The notes beneath the pieces are model-generated. The model was not told the DNA's origin. It searched no databases and worked only from the letters and a program-made list of their open reading frames with translations. Both the position numbers and the translations under genes were made by a program. A DNA stretch of 62,785 nucleotides, the filler included, from Choristocarpus tenellus KU-1152 (Eukaryota > Protista > Phaeophyceae): assembly GCA_964200185.2 (NCBI GenBank). It is 11 parts of 11 records of this genome, joined end to end, with 100 filler letters (N's around TTAATTAATTAA, not from the genome) between each part and the next. Parts side by side here need not be neighbours in the genome. Positions count along the whole stretch, not along the records: positions 59,569 to 62,785 come from CAXNAD020021464.1; 10 more parts are not named here. One strand, given 5' to 3'. Shown in pieces: positions 62,766-62,785 of the stretch (the stretch's first letter is position 1; the number at the start of each line of letters is the position of its first letter).

Positions 62766-62785
62766 GACCCAAAGTATCTGGGGGG

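Overview
Eukaryotic nuclear DNA, not prokaryotic. The window is 11 unrelated contigs joined by ten artificial 100-bp spacers (44 N + TTAATTAATTAA + 44 N), so adjacency across a spacer means nothing biologically. Short exons, long GT-AG introns, a bipartite ASAF-type plastid presequence, TTAGGG repeats and the transposon and protein families suggest a photosynthetic stramenopile, most likely a brown alga (inference). Manual splicing gives partial genes for cytosolic glutamyl-tRNA synthetase, coatomer gamma, an unknown plastid protein, eIF3a, a DOCK GEF, RFC3, a glutamate-receptor-like channel, a secreted discoidin/F5/8-like protein and a P4-ATPase. There is also a 14-repeat PPR ORF. Repeats include an abundant MITE group (TIR core AAAGTATCT, 4-bp TSDs, Sola-like) at many contig ends, three decayed RLE-type non-LTR retrotransposon copies plus solo hairpin-(TAA)n 3' ends, a decayed two-gene Harbinger transposon, a foldback element in a TA tract and a tRNA-like element. 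The most unusual signal is that short telomeric (CCCTAA/TTAGGG)n tracts are scattered through introns in both orientations. At two sites the pre-insertion state can be reconstructed, which suggests telomerase-like addition at internal seeds. No database searches were run; family calls rest on motif recognition.
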